DNA of 64,000 nucleotides from Centroscyllium fabricii (GCA_051313645.2 JBNRSN020000007.1:6386001-6450000); one strand, 5' to 3'. Positions 1 through 12,644 are shown, numbered from the stretch's first letter. The notes: generated from the letters alone by a model not told the origin. A program made the numbers and translations.

Positions 1-669
1 GGGCGTTGGGGCAGCGCTGTTCGAAGGAGGCCGTAGCGGCAGCCCGCGGAACGGCAGGCCTTCCTCCTCCATTGAAGGGGAGGGGCCTAGCGCGGCTGCG
101 GTCGGAGCCCCGTGGGGCCGCCGAGGGAGCAGGAGGCGGAGAACGAACCCGGCATTGGAGGGAAGTGCCGGGCTCAGCTGACGGAGGCCTCACCCCGCCG
201 GGAGAGCAGCGGGGGGAGGCCGGGGGAGTCTGAGGGGGAAGGTGCTGGCGGTTGGCCAGCAATAAAAATGGCCAACCCCCGCACTCCCCTTTAAGCAGTG
301 CTCGAGCGCTGCTGTTTGGGCTGGAGAAAGCTGGTGCTCACCCTCGCTTGGGTGGTCCGGGTGAGTGAATGCTTCAATAAATGCTGATTACCACCATCTG
401 AGCCACAATCTTCACACACTGGCCAAAGCACCACACCCCCATCACTCACCCACCAACAATCTCTACCTAGCAACCCTCACACCCACATCTCACACCTTGT
501 ACACAATGACAGCTATTCAACTATGGTAGGCACATCACCCAAACACATTGTTCCACACTCACTCACACACTTTCCTTTCTCTTGCAGGCCAAGGTGGTTC
601 ACAGCAGGAGGGAGCAGGAGCGCAGAGGCGGGGCAGCTGCTTCGTCATCTGCCATTCGGGGTCACCAAT

Positions 670-1000
670 TGTGGGGAACTGAAGGTTTCCCACTTTTAAA
701 TATCAAAGAATTAGAGGTAAACAGCGGAGTAAACTGGAACACGTCTTTATTCATTAACAACTACAATGAACTAACTGCTAAAGGCGCCAAACGGCAGGAA
801 ACCATGTGACCTGAGAGTGACAGCGCTATGGGCCTATTAGGTTCCGTGCCCGTTGTCTCTATGAGCCAATGTGGCAGCGGGGGTGGGACCAACCTAGCAA
901 AAGGGGATTCTGTCTTAAAGGGAGGTCGGCTGTCCCGGGCTACTGCCTTAAAGGGAGACAGGCGTGCCTCCCTGGGTAGTTACGCTATACTGGCACTACG
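670..1000. mobile_element. Possible solo LTR or unclassified insertion in the Myb remnant
   Basis: Starts TGT, carries a minus-strand AATAAA (tttatt ~747) and breaks the Myb-like exon; no clear TSD. Confidence 0.25.
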
Positions 1001-1680
1001 CGTTCTTTAGAGGCTAGTATGGTAGTGGGATCTGCACAGGGTGAGGTACCGGGGATGACTGCACTGCAGCAAGGCCAGAGGGAAAGGGTATCTCGGGAGC
1101 CAGCTCCCCAGAGAGTGGGTTTGATGCGGGTTCTGCTGCATAGGATTCTGATGAGGACCTCGATGGGGAGGCGTTTAGAAGATGGGTACTGGGCATGCAC
1201 ACAGAGACGATAGGTGCAATGGAAAGGGTGCCCGAGAACCTGTAGGCAACGGTAAGGAACATGGAGCAGTGCATCTCCAACATCGCACAGAGCTCTGCGC
1301 ACACCACGGAGCCCATCATTTCAAGTCTGCAAAGGATGGTCGACTCCCAGAGAGACGGTGGCGACCCAGACCTGATGCCATGTGTGATGGGCGATCTGGC
1401 AGCTTCCATTGCAGCACAGGCTAAAGCGACGCAACGTCTTAGTGCTGTAATGCAGTCTATGGTTGGTGCCATCCAATCTCTGACTGCTCTCATGCAGTCT
1501 TAGCTTGATGCCACACAAGCTCTGACTGCTGCCATCATGGCTGGTTCTACCACCGTCGACCGAGGCTTTCATGGTGTCGCAGCAGACCAGCAAACTATGC
1601 TCCAACAGATTGCTAGTGATGCTGAGGTGCTGCCCCGGGGGAGTGGCAGTGGGTCTGTGGAGCAGGAATCTGCTGTCCTC

Positions 1681-1777
1681 GCTATTTCTCTCTTATGGAT
1701 GTTGCCTGAACTGCTGAGTTTTTCCAGCATTTTCTGTTGTTATTTCAGATTTCCAGCATCTGCAGTATTTTGTTATC
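1681..1777 (+). mobile_element. Penelope-like family B terminal-repeat fragment
   Basis: 13-bp TSD ATCTGCTGTCCTC (1668-1680, 1778-1790); sequence matches repeats at 51700-51798, 54771-54965 and 59317-59450. Confidence 0.75.
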
Positions 1778-1980
1778 ATCTGCTGTCCTCTCTCAGGATG
1801 ACAGCATTCCTGATCCCATCACTGCCACGCCATCATTGCTCTTGTCGCTGCCTATCATCCAGCCAGCCCAGACTGCTGCCGTACCTGCTGAGGTGGTGCA
1901 GTCGACAGCCGGGCTTTCCAGGCCCAGAGCTGGTCCAGGGTGTCCTACAAGGCCATCTGAAGTCTCCCACATGGACACTC

Positions 1981-2405
1981 GTAAGAAGTCACACAAAAAC
2001 CAGGTTATAGTCCAACAGTTTTATTTGAAATCACACGCTTTTGGAGCGCTGCTCCTTCCTCAGGTGAAGTGACGAGATTCATTTAAACATAGCATATATA
2101 TATAGAGAGAGAGAACAATGTGGTCTCTCCAACTGTTCCACATCACACCTCAGCAGAGAGACATCAAAGCAATCAAAGGTGTTCTAAGATATCAGTCAGC
2201 CTGAGATCAAAGGGTGCAGTCACAAAGGGTCAAATGTTACAGTCTGCTGTCTGTGAAAATCCCACAGAATGATTTAAGAAAAAAAGGATTTTTCTTACTG
2301 GAAATTGCAGAAGAAGCCAAAGATGACTCGAGTCTGGATGACTCTACGTCAGGCGGGGTCACATGTAGCGCGACATGAAGCCAATATCACGGTTGAGGCC
2401 GTCCT
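1981..2405 (-). mobile_element. Penelope-like family A 3' fragment (end of GIY-YIG ORF, 3' UTR, pLTR with mutated hammerhead)
   Basis: 11-bp TSD CATGGACACTC (1970-1980, 2406-2416); encodes HEDGLNRDIGFMSRYM as in ORF 40780-41028. Confidence 0.85.
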
Positions 2406-2562
2406 CATGGACACTCAGCAGCCTTCCACCAGCCCTGCTGCAGCCACTGGGCCAATACTTCATAGAAGCACTCGAACAGGAAAAGGCCCAGTTACAACAG
2501 GCACTAAGGGATTGCACAAGGATGAAAAGTAAATATTTTTGGTGTAAATATGTGTCCAATAG

Positions 2563-3040
2563 GTGTTAGCTGTGGCTCAGTGGGTAGCACCCTTGCCTCT
2601 GAGTCTGTAGGTTGTGGGTTCAAGTCTCACTCCAGGGACATCAGCACATAAAGCTAGGCTGACACTCCAGTGCAGTGCTGAGGGAGTGCTGCACTGTCGG
2701 AGGTGCCGTCTTTCAGATGAGACGTTAAACCAAGGCCCCGTCTGCTCTCTCAGGTCGATGTGAAAGATCCCACTGCACTATTCCGAAGAAGAGCAGGGGA
2801 GTTCTCCCCGGTGTCCTGGGGCCAATATTTATTCCTCAACCAACATCACTAAAACAGATGATCTGGTCATTATCACATTGCTGTTTATTGGAACTTGCTG
2901 TGTGCAAATTGGCTGCTGCCTTCCCCACATTACAAGAGAGAATACACTTCAAAAAGTACTTCATTGACTGTAAAGCACTTTGAGACAGCTGGTGGTCGTG
3001 AAAGGCACTATAGAAATGCAAGTCTTTCTTTCTTTCTTTC
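2563..3040 (+). mobile_element. Full-length tRNA-derived Deu-domain SINE (SacSINE1-like)
   Basis: A box TGGCTCAGTGG, B box GGTTCAAGTC, conserved central domain, L2-like tail TGTAAAGCACTTTG...ATAGAAATGCAAG and a (TTTC)n end. Confidence 0.8.
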
Positions 3041-3068
3041 CTTCCACTACTTTTAGTGCCTATGTGCA

Positions 3069-3167
3069 TCTCTTCACTTCACCTGAGGAAGGAGCAGCGC
3101 TCCAAAAGCTTGTGATTTCAAATAAACCTGTTGGACTATAACCTGGTGTTGTGTGACTTCTTACATT
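3069..3167 (+). mobile_element. Penelope-like family A pLTR fragment (hammerhead GAAA mutated to AAAA)
   Basis: TCACCTGAGGAAGGAGCAGCGCTCCAAAAGCTTGTGA...GACTTCTTAC. Confidence 0.8.
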
Positions 3168-3169
3168 CT

Positions 3170-3418
3170 TTTCAATTCAATTCAATTCAAGTTTTATTGT
3201 CATTGCAGAGTACTAGTACAATACAACGAGACGAAGAGTAGTGCAAATAAATTACATGCAAATTGCATACAGTAAAGTACATTATCAGGCGTGCAGGTAC
3301 CGGAGTTTCTTTTTAGAGTTCATAGGCTGACAGCCCTGGGGAAGAAGCTGTTCTGAAATCTAGTCGTGCGGGTGCAAATTGCTCTGTAGCGTCTCCCGGA
3401 GGGCAGGGGGGCAAACAC
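3170..3418 (-). mobile_element. Rex1/Babar-type LINE 3' end
   Basis: Minus strand encodes PLPSGRRYRAICTRTTRFQNSFFPRAV, followed by ACAATAAA and a (TTGAA)n tail. Confidence 0.75.
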
Positions 3419-3499
3419 TTTTGTGGTGTTTCTTATTTCAGCTGTGCGCTGTAATATGGCCTGTGTGAGGGATGGAAAGATGGGGACGTGGTGAGCAAA

Positions 3500-3795
3500 G
3501 GGGATCTGGGGCTTAACCCATCCTGGTGTGAGGCTGGAGGTCTGTTTGGAGGAGGTGGCAGAGTTCTGTGACCACCTCCTCGGTGAAGCAGAGCCATCTA
3601 ATACACTGCTCCTCGCTTAAATAAAGGTAGGAAAATTGCTCTCGGAATACCCCCGGGGTGGGGGGGGGGGGGTAAGGCCTCTTGGTGAGAGCCTCTCCTC
3701 ATCTCTGTGTGCACATGTTCCTGTATTTCTCGCTGCCTCCGATCCCTCCGTTGTAGATCCTGGAGGGCGAGGTCGACTGCCAGTACAGCCCCCAT
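3500..3795 (-). pseudogene. N-terminal remnant of a Harbinger transposase
   Basis: Frameshifted GVFREQFSYLYLSEEQCIRWLCFTEEVVTELCHLLQTDLQP matches [41 protein letters not shown] of the copy near 21000; convergent with the Myb remnant. Confidence 0.7.
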
Positions 3796-4338
3796 TAATG
3801 TTTCCAGGTGTAGCAGTTTGATTCTTTGAAGAATAAATGTCGTTACTTTTTAGTTGCCGCAAGACTCCTGGTACAAAAGAACCTTGAAATTATTGAATGA
3901 AACTGTTGCACTGGGTGAAACTAACAAAACACCACTGAATCTACACTAACCTGACAGCTGTGAGTGATTACTGATGATCCCTTTAAATAACGTCCCTGGA
4001 GCACGTGTCCTGTCGATGTTTACGCCAGGCAGTGAGGTAAGCGGCGAGAATCAATTTTGCAAATCTGGCGGTCAGTGAGTGTTGCACAATCACTGATTTT
4101 ATGATCTACCTGGTGTTGATGTTCCCAGTGATACATCTTACGCTAATGACGGCGGGGGGTGGGGAGCGTTGGGGGGGGGATGGAGGGGGGTGGGTGGATT
4201 TGGTGTGTGGTGCTAGTTTCGCCTCGCCCCGATGAAACTGCTCTAGAGCTAATGAGAAGCACTAAGGAGACAATTTTTTTCCACCTTAGTTTCGCACTTA
4301 ACTAAATCACTCTCAAAATCAGCATAAAATTCTATCAC

Positions 4339-5219
4339 ATTATGATCACTCTTCACCAGAGGCTCCTTTACGACAAGGTTATTAATTAACCCTGTCTCAT
4401 TCTATAATAGTGTTTGGTTCTTCAACATACTGATCCAGAAAACTATTTTGAATGCATTCCATGAACTCATCCTCTGCATTAGTACTAACATTTGCTTTGC
4501 CCAGTCTAGATGAAGATTAAAGTACCCCATAATTTCTGTATTACCCTTGTTACATGCACCTCTAATATCTGATTTATACTCTGCCCTACATTACAACTAC
4601 TGTTCAGGGGCCTATAAACAAGTCCCACCAATGTTTTCTGTCCCTTGCTGTTTCTTAGCTCCACCCAAACTGATTCTACTTCTTCATTTTCAGAGCCAAG
4701 ATCCTTTCTCTCTACTGTCTTTATCCCGTCCTTTATTATCAGGGCTACCCCTCCTCCTTTTACATTTTGTCTATCTCCTCTAAAAATTAAGTATATTGGA
4801 AAATTTAGTTCCCAACCTTGTTCACGCTGCAACCACATCTCCGTAATGACTATTAAATCAAACCTATTTATTTCTAATTACACTATTAATTCATTTATTT
4901 TGTTGTGAATGCTTCGCGCATTCCGATATAGTGCCTTTAGTTTTAACTTTTTTCTATCTTTCCCTGATGTCACCTTAGTGACTGATGCCCTTTTACCTTT
5001 GTTAAGCTCTCTGTCCCTTCCTGACCCACTCTGCTTATTTTTACCCAAATCACCATTCTGCTCTAAAGCTTTGACATTTCTCTCAGTGCTTTTGAATTTA
5101 CTTTTCCTGAATCCTCCGACCCCCCTTCATTAGGTTAAAGCCCTGTATACTGCCTTCATTATTCGGTTCACCAGGTCTCTGGTTCCAGCCCAGTTTAAGT
5201 GGAGCCCATTCCAACGGAA
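4339..5219 (-). mobile_element. CR1 LINE fragment (APE endonuclease region)
   Basis: ORF 4506-4838 with GGGVAL...ESVWVEL...VYRP motifs. Confidence 0.9.
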
Positions 5220-6859
5220 CATAGCAACATAGAAGATAGGAGCAGGAATCGGCCATTTGGCCCCTCGAGTCTGCTCCGCCATTCGATGAGATCATGGCTG
5301 ACCATCCAAACTCAGTACCCTGTCCCTGCCTTCTCCCCATATCCCTTGATCCCTTTAGCCTTAAGAAATATATCTAACTCCTTCTTGAATATATTTAATG
5401 AATTGGCCTCAACTGCCTTGTGTGGTATTGAATTCCACAGGTTCACCACTCTCTGGGTGAAGAGATTCCTTCTCATCTCAGTCCGAAATGGCTTACCCCT
5501 TATCCTTAGACTGTGACCCCTGGTTCTGGATTCCACCACCATCAGGAATATCCTTCCTGCATCTAGTCTGTCTAGTCCTGTTAGAATTTTATAAGTTTCA
5601 ATGAGATCCCCTCTCATTCTTCTAAACTTTAGTGAATATAAGCCTAATCGACCAAATCTCTCCTCATATCTCATTCCTGCCATCCTAGGTATCAGTCTGG
5701 TGAATCTTCACTGAACTCTTTCCATGGCAAGAACATCCTTCATCCGATAAGGTGCCCAAAACTGGACACAATACTCAAGGTGTGGTCTCACTAAGGCCCT
5801 GTACAACTGCAGCAAGACATCCTTGCTCCTGTACTCGAAGCCTCTTGCTACGAAGGCCAACATACTATTTGCCTTCTTAACTGCCTGCTGCACCTGCATG
5901 CTTACCTTCAACAACTGGTGAACAAGGACACCCAGGTCTCGTTGCACTTCCCCTTCTCCCAATCTGTTGCCATTCAGATAATAATCTGCCTTCCTGTTTT
6001 TGCCACTGAAGTGGATAGCCTCGCATTTATCCACATTATACTGAATTTGCCATGCATCTGCCCAATCACACAACCTGTCCAAAACATACTGGAGTTTCTC
6101 TGCATCCTCCTCACAGTACACACGCCCACCCAGCTTTGTGTCATCTGCAAACTTGGAGATATTACATTTAGTTCCCTCATCTAGATCATTTATTGTGAAT
6201 AGCTGGGGTCCTAGCACCGATCTCTGCGGTACCCCACTAGTCACTGCCTGCCACTTGGAAAATTACCCATTTATTCCAACTCTTTGCTTCCTGTCTGCCA
6301 ACCAGTTCTCTATCCAAGACAATACGTTACCCCGAATCCTCTGTGTGCTTTAACTTTGCACGCTAATCTCTTATGCGGGACCTTATCGAAAGCCTTCTGA
6401 AAGTCCAAATACACTACATCCACTGGTTCTCCCTTATCTATTCTACCAGATACATCCTCAAACAATTCCAGTAGATTACCTTTTGTATTTACATTCTGTC
6501 ACTGTTTTCCAAGTGCTCTGCTATTACATCTTTTATAATGGACTCTAGCATTTTCCCCACTACCGATGTCAGGCATACCGGTCTATAATTCCCCGTTTTC
6601 TCTCTAGCACCTTTTTTAAATAGTGGGGTAACATTAGCTACCCTCCAATCCATGGGAACTGTTCTAGGGCCACTTCCTTAAGTACCCTAAGATGTAGATT
6701 ATCAGGCCTTGGGGATTTATCGGCCTTCAATCCCGTCAATTTCGCTAACATCATTTCCCTACAAATACTGATTTCATTCAATTCCTGCCTCTCATTAGAC
6801 CCCATGTTCCCCGACATCTCTGGGAGGTTATTTGTGTCCTCCTTTGTGAAGACAGAACC

Positions 6860-7485
6860 TGTAAGGGTTTGTGATAGGACTCAAGTGCAGAACACCGGAA
6901 GTCCGTTTTAAGAAATAAAATATCCTTTTATTTCTAAGTATCAATCTATATCTACATCTATGCAAAATCTTTACTTTCATTGGTAAACAGAAAACAAACA
7001 ATTCTATGATCCCGAGTACTGGTAAATAGTAATACACAAGTCCAAACCAGAGTTCAGGTGGTAAATAGAAACAAGGCCAAAAACCAGGAGCCGATATTCT
7101 CCAAGTAAATCCACATTCACGAAGAGATGAATCCTCAGTACAGAGTTCAGCAATAATCCAATACGAACAGGAACAGGTATAAATCCAATTCGACAGGAAC
7201 AGGTATCAATCCAATTCGACAGGAACAGGTATAAATCCAAAATGACAGGAACAGGTATCAATACAATTCGACAGGAACAGGTATAGCAAAACAGAACACT
7301 GAATCAAATGACAGGAAATAACGATCTGGCAAAGACCAAGAGCCAGCAGGAAGCTTATATCCAGCTCCAGCTCAATTGTTTGAGTGGAGCTGGCCAATCC
7401 GGTCTAAGACATGATAATAGAGATATAAGCCAATAAACAGAAAAAGAAGCATCTAGAAACTTAAAGGGACAGTCCACCCATGACA
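6860..7485 (-). repeat. 3' LTR
   Basis: Direct repeat of 12019-12644 (about 5 substitutions by eye); internal GACAGGAACAGGTAT repeats; preceded on the minus strand by PPT AAGGGGGGGGTTC (7486-7498). Confidence 0.97.
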
Positions 7486-7559
7486 GAACCCCCCCCTTAA
7501 GGGACGACTCCTGACGTCCCCAAAAAACCCCAACAGCCGGAATCGGGTGGGCGGAGGGA

Positions 7560-10500
7560 CTAACAGTCCTCGGGGCCCTCGTCTACTACCATCTCCTCAT
7601 CGGACTGAAAAGGATCTTCCTCCTCAGCCGATTCAATCACCTCGTCATCAGATGCCACTCCCGTGTCCAGGGCTTCCTGAATCAGTACGGGGCAGAAACC
7701 CTGTCTAGACTTCCTAGGGATCGCCGCTTTCTTATTCGGCTGGCCGGGGTGTTTCCTGTGAAACTCAGCAATGAGTTGAGGGTCCACAATATGGCGAGCA
7801 GGAACCCAGGACCTCTCTTCCGGGCCATACCCCTCCCAGTCCACCAGGTACTGAAGTCCCTTCCCTCGATGACGGGAGTCAAGTAGACGACGAACCGTGT
7901 AGACTAACCCACCGTCGAGCATACGAGGAGGTGGAGGAGGTGCGGCAACAGGTACCAAGGCACTCTCCCATGTAGGCTTGATGTGCGAAACGTGAAATGT
8001 GGGATGGACCCGCATGGATTTAGGGAGCTTGAGTCTCACCGCAGCAGGGTTGATAATTTTCAGCACCTCGAAGGGTCCGATAAACCGGGGAGCAAGTTTC
8101 TTTGATTCTACTTGTAGAGGCAGGTCCTTGGTGGAGAGCCAAACCTTCTGCCCAACCCGATACTCCGGAGCCTCTGAACGATGACGGTTGGCAGCAGCCG
8201 AGTATCGATCCGCCGAGTGAAGCAACGAAGTCCGCGCCTGATCCCATGTTCTGTGACAACGTTGAATGAAGGCCTGGACGGACGGACAGGATACCTCCCT
8301 CTCCAGGTCCGGAAACAATGGAGGCTGGAATCCATATGCGCACTGAAAAGGAGAAAGTCCGGTAGCGGAGCTGGTCAGCGTGTTGTGAGCATATTCTACC
8401 CACAGAAGTAACTGGGACCAGGAAGAGGGATTCTTGGAGACCATGCACCGAAGAGCCTTCTCCATCTCTTGGTTCATCCTCTCCGACTGTCCATTGGACT
8501 GAGGATGAAATCCCGACGACAGACTGACAGTGGCCCCGATCAGACTACAAAACTCCCTCCAGAATACTGATGTGAATTGAGGACCTCGATCGGAGACCAC
8601 GTCCAACGGAAGCCCATGAATTCGAAACACGTGCTGTAACATGAGTTCCGCTGTTTCCTTCGCAGAGGGCAGCTTTGGTAAGGGTATAAAATGAGCCATT
8701 TTACTAAATCTGTCTACCACAGTCAGGACCGTGGTCAATCCCTTGGATGAGGGTAGTCCGGTGACAAAATCCAGGGCTATGTGGGACCAAGGACGATGTG
8801 GTATCGGTAGAGGTTGCAGAAGACCAGCAGGAGCCCGACGAGACGACTTGTGTTGGCTACAAACCGGGCAGGCACTAACAAACTCCCGGGTATCCTCCTC
8901 CAGTGTGTCCCACCAGAACCTCCGCAAAATAACCTCCTTGGTCCTTTGTGCCCCAGGATGGCAGGAAAACTTGGAAGCATGAGCCCACAGAAGAACATCA
9001 GGTCGAATGTTTGTGGGTACAAATAGACGGTCGGGAGGACAACCGCTGGGCCCACCCTGATCCCCCACAGCTGCTCTCACTCTCTCCTCGATCTCCCATG
9101 TGACCGCAGCAATAAGGCAGGGAGCTGGCAGAATAAGGTCCGATCCTGGAGCAGAACTCTCCTCCTTCAGGAACAGGCGGGATAGAGCATTGGGCTTGAT
9201 GTTGCGGGAACCAGGCCTGTAGGAGAGAGTAAAATTGAACCTTGTGAAGAAGAGAGACCATCTAGCCTGGCGTGAATTTAACCTTTTTGCCGTGCGTATG
9301 TACTCCAAGTTCTTGTGGTCAGTCCAAACAAGGAACGGCAGCTTGGTCCCCTCCAGCCAATGGCGCCACTCCTCTAAGGCCATCTTGACCGCCAGTAATT
9401 CCCGGTTCCCGATATCATAATTCATCTCCGCCGTGGACAGGCGCTTGGAGAAATAAGCACATGGATGTAGTTTCTGATCAGAAGTCGACTTTTGGGACAA
9501 AATAGCTCCTACTCCCACATCAGATGCATCCACCTCCACGACGAACTGTCGATCCGGATCAGGTACCTGGAGAATGGGAGCAGAAGTGAACCGGGACCTT
9601 AGTTCCTGAAAAGCCCTCTCTGCGGCGAGAGACCACCTGAACGGCACCCTTGACGAGGTAAGCGCCGATAACGGTGCTGCTACCGTACTGTAGCCACGAA
9701 TAAATCTACGATAAAAATTTGCGAAGCCCAGAAACCGTTGTAATTGTTTGCGTGTCTCTGGACTAGGCCAAGACGCAACAGCTGTCACCTTTTCTGGATC
9801 CATCCGCACGCTCCCTTGTGCAATGATATATCCCAGGAAGGAGACGGTAGAGACAAGGAACTCACATTTCTCAGCTTTAACGAATAAAGAGTTCTCCAAG
9901 AGTCATTGTAAGACCGTCTGAACGTGGTGCACATGCTCCTCCTGAGATTTAGAAAAGATCAGGATGTCATCCATATAGACAAACACGAAACGATTGAGCA
10001 TGTCACGAAGGACGTCATTGACCAGGGCCTGAAATACCGCCGGGGCGTTGGTCAACCCGAACGGCATAACGAGATACTCGTAATGTCCAGAGGGGGTATT
10101 GAAAGCAGTCTTCCACTCATCGCCCTCCCGTATCCGGACCAGATGGTAAGCGTTGCGAAGATCCAATTTAGAAAATATGGTTGCTCCCTGTAGCAACTCA
10201 AACGCCGAAGAGATAAGAGGAAGAGGGTACCGGTTCTTCACAGTAATATCGTTCAGTCCCCTGTAATCGATACATGGTCGGAGCAAACCGTCCTTCTTTC
10301 CCACGAAAAAGAATCCAGCCCCCGCTGGTGATGAAGAAGAACGGATGATCCCCGCCGCCATCGAGTCACTGATATAGGTCTCCATGGCCTCCCTCTCAGG
10401 TGCAGATAACGAATACAGACGTCCCTTTGGTGGGGAAGAACCTGGCAACAATTCAATGGCACAATCATAGGGGCGATGTGGAGGTAGCGACGTGGCTCTA

Positions 10501-11063
10501 GCCTTACTGAACATCGCCCCAAAATCATGATAATCGGTGGGAACCGCAGAAAGATCAGAAGCGGGAAGAGGTGTGACAGACTGGCGGATTATGGTAGCTT
10601 GCTTCAGACAGACCTGGTGACAGGATGAACTCCAGCCCAAAATGGCTCCCGTGTTCCAGTCGATGTGGGGGTTGTGACGGCGAAGCCAAGCGTGTCCCAG
10701 AATCAGAGGAAGCCGGGGTGAATTTAAGATATGAAAACGAATACTCTCATGATGGTTTCCTGACAGAAGCATATGAATCGGCGACGTTTGATGAGTCACC
10801 GTTCCCAGGAGGTGACCATCAAGAGCGTTGGCAGGAACCAGTTGTGGCAGTGGAACCCGGTCGATCCCCAATTGTGTGACCAGCTCCTCATCTATGATGT
10901 TGACATCCGCTCCAGAGTCAATGAAGGTGGCGAACGTCTGAGATCCAGAGGGAAGAAGAAGTCTGGCCTGGCACAAGGGTCGTGGATCAGGAGAGAGTCT
11001 AGTCGGAGTTCGACTCACCAGTACGACTCCATCTACTGGTGAGTCCGGTCTTTTACTGGACAC
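7560..11063 (-). pseudogene. pol: pol polyprotein (protease, RT, RNase H, integrase, chromodomain) with a single in-frame TGA at 9903-9905
   Basis: FIDSGA protease, YMDD RT, VDAS...TDH RNase H, HHCC and D,D35E integrase, GPF motif, chromodomain [15 protein letters not shown]; ORFs 9903-11063 and 7560-9899 are in the same frame. Confidence 0.95.
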
Positions 11064-12001
11064 TGAAAAACAAAATGGCCGGCCTGACCACAGTATAAGC
11101 AGAGATTCTCCCTGCGGCGTCGCTTATGCTCCAATAGTGAGATACAGGTGCGACCCAACTGCATAGGTTCGGGGCCCCCTGGCTCAGACCCTGCTGTCGC
11201 CGAATCTCTGGACGCCACGAATCTATCCTGAATCTGTCTCGAAGGATGTCGACCCGTTGTTCCCAGCATTCTCTCACGTCGACGTGCCTGGATACGTAGA
11301 TCGATCCTGGTGGCTAGGCTAATGAGATCATCCAGGGTGGAAGGAAGATCATATGACACCAATTCATCTTTGATGTAACCTGCCAGCCCGTGAAGGAAAA
11401 CCTCACACAAAGCAGCCATATTCCAATTGCTCAACCGGGCCTTGATACGAAAATCAATCGCGTAATCAGCAACAGTCTGATTGCCCTGGCTCATGCTCAT
11501 GAGTCCCTCAGCTGCTTCAGCCCCAAAAGTTACCTTGCCGAAAACCCCTCTTAACTCAGTGGAAAATGTCCTGAAAGAAATGCAAGCCTGAGTCTCCCTC
11601 TCCCACTCGGCTGTTCCCCAAAGACGAGCTCTTCCCGTGAGATGATTGATAGCAAATGCTACCTTTGCCTTTTCGCTGGCAAAGGTGCGAGGTTGTAACG
11701 AAAATAAAATGGAACAATTTGTGATAAATGGGTCACACTGTTCCGGTTCACCGGCATAACGTTCCGGTGCCCCGACTCGGGGTTCGGGTGTGAGACCTTG
11801 TAGGAGAGACATGGATGCCGACTCCGAGGCTGAAACCGGTTCTGGTGTAGGAGAAGCTCCTGCTGGATCCGACGCTGCTTGCGACCTCCAGGCGGAGGTT
11901 AGCTGCTCCATTTTGGAAATCATTTCCCCCAAGGCCTGACCTTGGTGTGATAGGGCGCCCTCGATGTGTGCCAGACGTTTCGGTGTGTCCGCTGGGTCCA
12001 T
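11033..12001 (-). CDS. gag: gag (322 aa from MDPADT) with CCHC zinc knuckle
   Basis: PERYAG, Retrotrans_gag-like core, [20 protein letters not shown]; pol overlaps it in the -1 frame. Confidence 0.93.
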   Translation of the reverse strand: MDPADTPKRLAHIEGALSHQGQALGEMISKMEQLTSAWRSQAASDPAGASPTPEPVSASESASMSLLQGLTPEPRVGAPERYAGEPEQCDPFITNCSILFSLQPRTFASEKAKVAFAINHLTGRARLWGTAEWERETQACISFRTFSTELRGVFGKVTFGAEAAEGLMSMSQGNQTVADYAIDFRIKARLSNWNMAALCEVFLHGLAGYIKDELVSYDLPSTLDDLISLATRIDLRIQARRRERMLGTTGRHPSRQIQDRFVASRDSATAGSEPGGPEPMQLGRTCISLLEHKRRRRENLCLYCGQAGHFVFQCPVKDRTHQ

Positions 12002-12006
12002 GATTG

Positions 12007-12017
12007 GCCAGATCGTT
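12007..12017 (-). promoter_or_regulatory. Self-priming primer-binding site
   Basis: Minus-strand AACGATCTGGC lies 1 nt after the 5' LTR and is the exact complement of GCCAGATCGTT at 12489-12479 within the LTR. Confidence 0.8.
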
Positions 12018-12018
12018 C

Positions 12019-12644
12019 TGTAAGGGTTTGTGATAGGACCCAAATGCAGAACACCGGAAGTCCGTTTTAAGAAATAAAATATCCTTTTATTTCTAAGTAT
12101 CAATCTATATCTACATCTATGCAAAATCTTTACTTTCATTGGTAAACAAAAAACAAACAATTCTATGATCCCGAGTACTGGTAAATAGTAATACACAAGT
12201 CCAAACCAGAGTTCAGGTGGTAAATAGAAACAGGGCCAAAAACCAGGAGCCGATATTCTCCAAGTAAATCCACATTCACGAAGAGATGAATCCTCAGTAC
12301 AGAGTTCAGCAATAATCCAATACGAACAGGAACAGGTATAAATCCAATTCGACAGGAACAGGTATCAATCCAATTCGACAGGAACAGGTATAAATCCAAA
12401 ATGACAGGAACAGGTATCAATACAATTCGACAGGAACAGGTATAGCAAAACAGAACACTGAATCAAATGACAGGAAATAACGATCTGGCAAAGACCAAGA
12501 GCCAGCAGGAAGCTTATATCCAGCTCCAGCTCAATTGTTTGATTGGAGCTGGCCAATCCGGTCTAAGACATGATAATAGAGATATAAGCCAATAAACAGA
12601 AAAAGAAGCATCTAGAAACTTAAAGGGACAGTCCACCCATGACA
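12019..12644 (-). repeat. 5' LTR
   Basis: TG...CA termini; TATA-like GATATAAG at ~12513-12520; polyA-like AATAAA (tttatt ~12086). Confidence 0.97.

Larger units (their letters stand above)
300..2532 (+). pseudogene. Decayed spliced Myb/SANT-like (Harbinger accessory protein) gene, interrupted by several insertions
   Basis: Acceptor ttctcttgcag at ~587 precedes AKVVHSRREQERRGG, which parallels exon 2 (EKRAHNKRERARTGGG) of the Myb gene at 18161. Coiled-coil-like ORFs 1261-1503 and 1537-1680. The C-terminal part resumes after the PLE insertion at 2406 (MDTQQPSTSPAAATG...RSTRTGK). Confidence 0.55.
6860..12644 (-). mobile_element. Full-length Ty3/Gypsy chromovirus LTR retrotransposon (Tf1/sushi group)
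   Basis: 626-bp TG...CA LTRs, 5-bp TSD GAACC (6855-6859, 12645-12649), polypurine tract (PPT), gag then PR-RT-RH-IN-chromodomain. Confidence 0.97.

Noticed and set aside
9903-9905. Programmed stop read-through in pol
   Set aside because: The stop lies within RT at an expected Arg codon; CpG deamination is the simpler explanation.
12002-12196. N-terminal 65 aa of the 387-aa gag ORF
   Set aside because: Lies in the LTR/PBS; the plausible start is the ATG at 12001.
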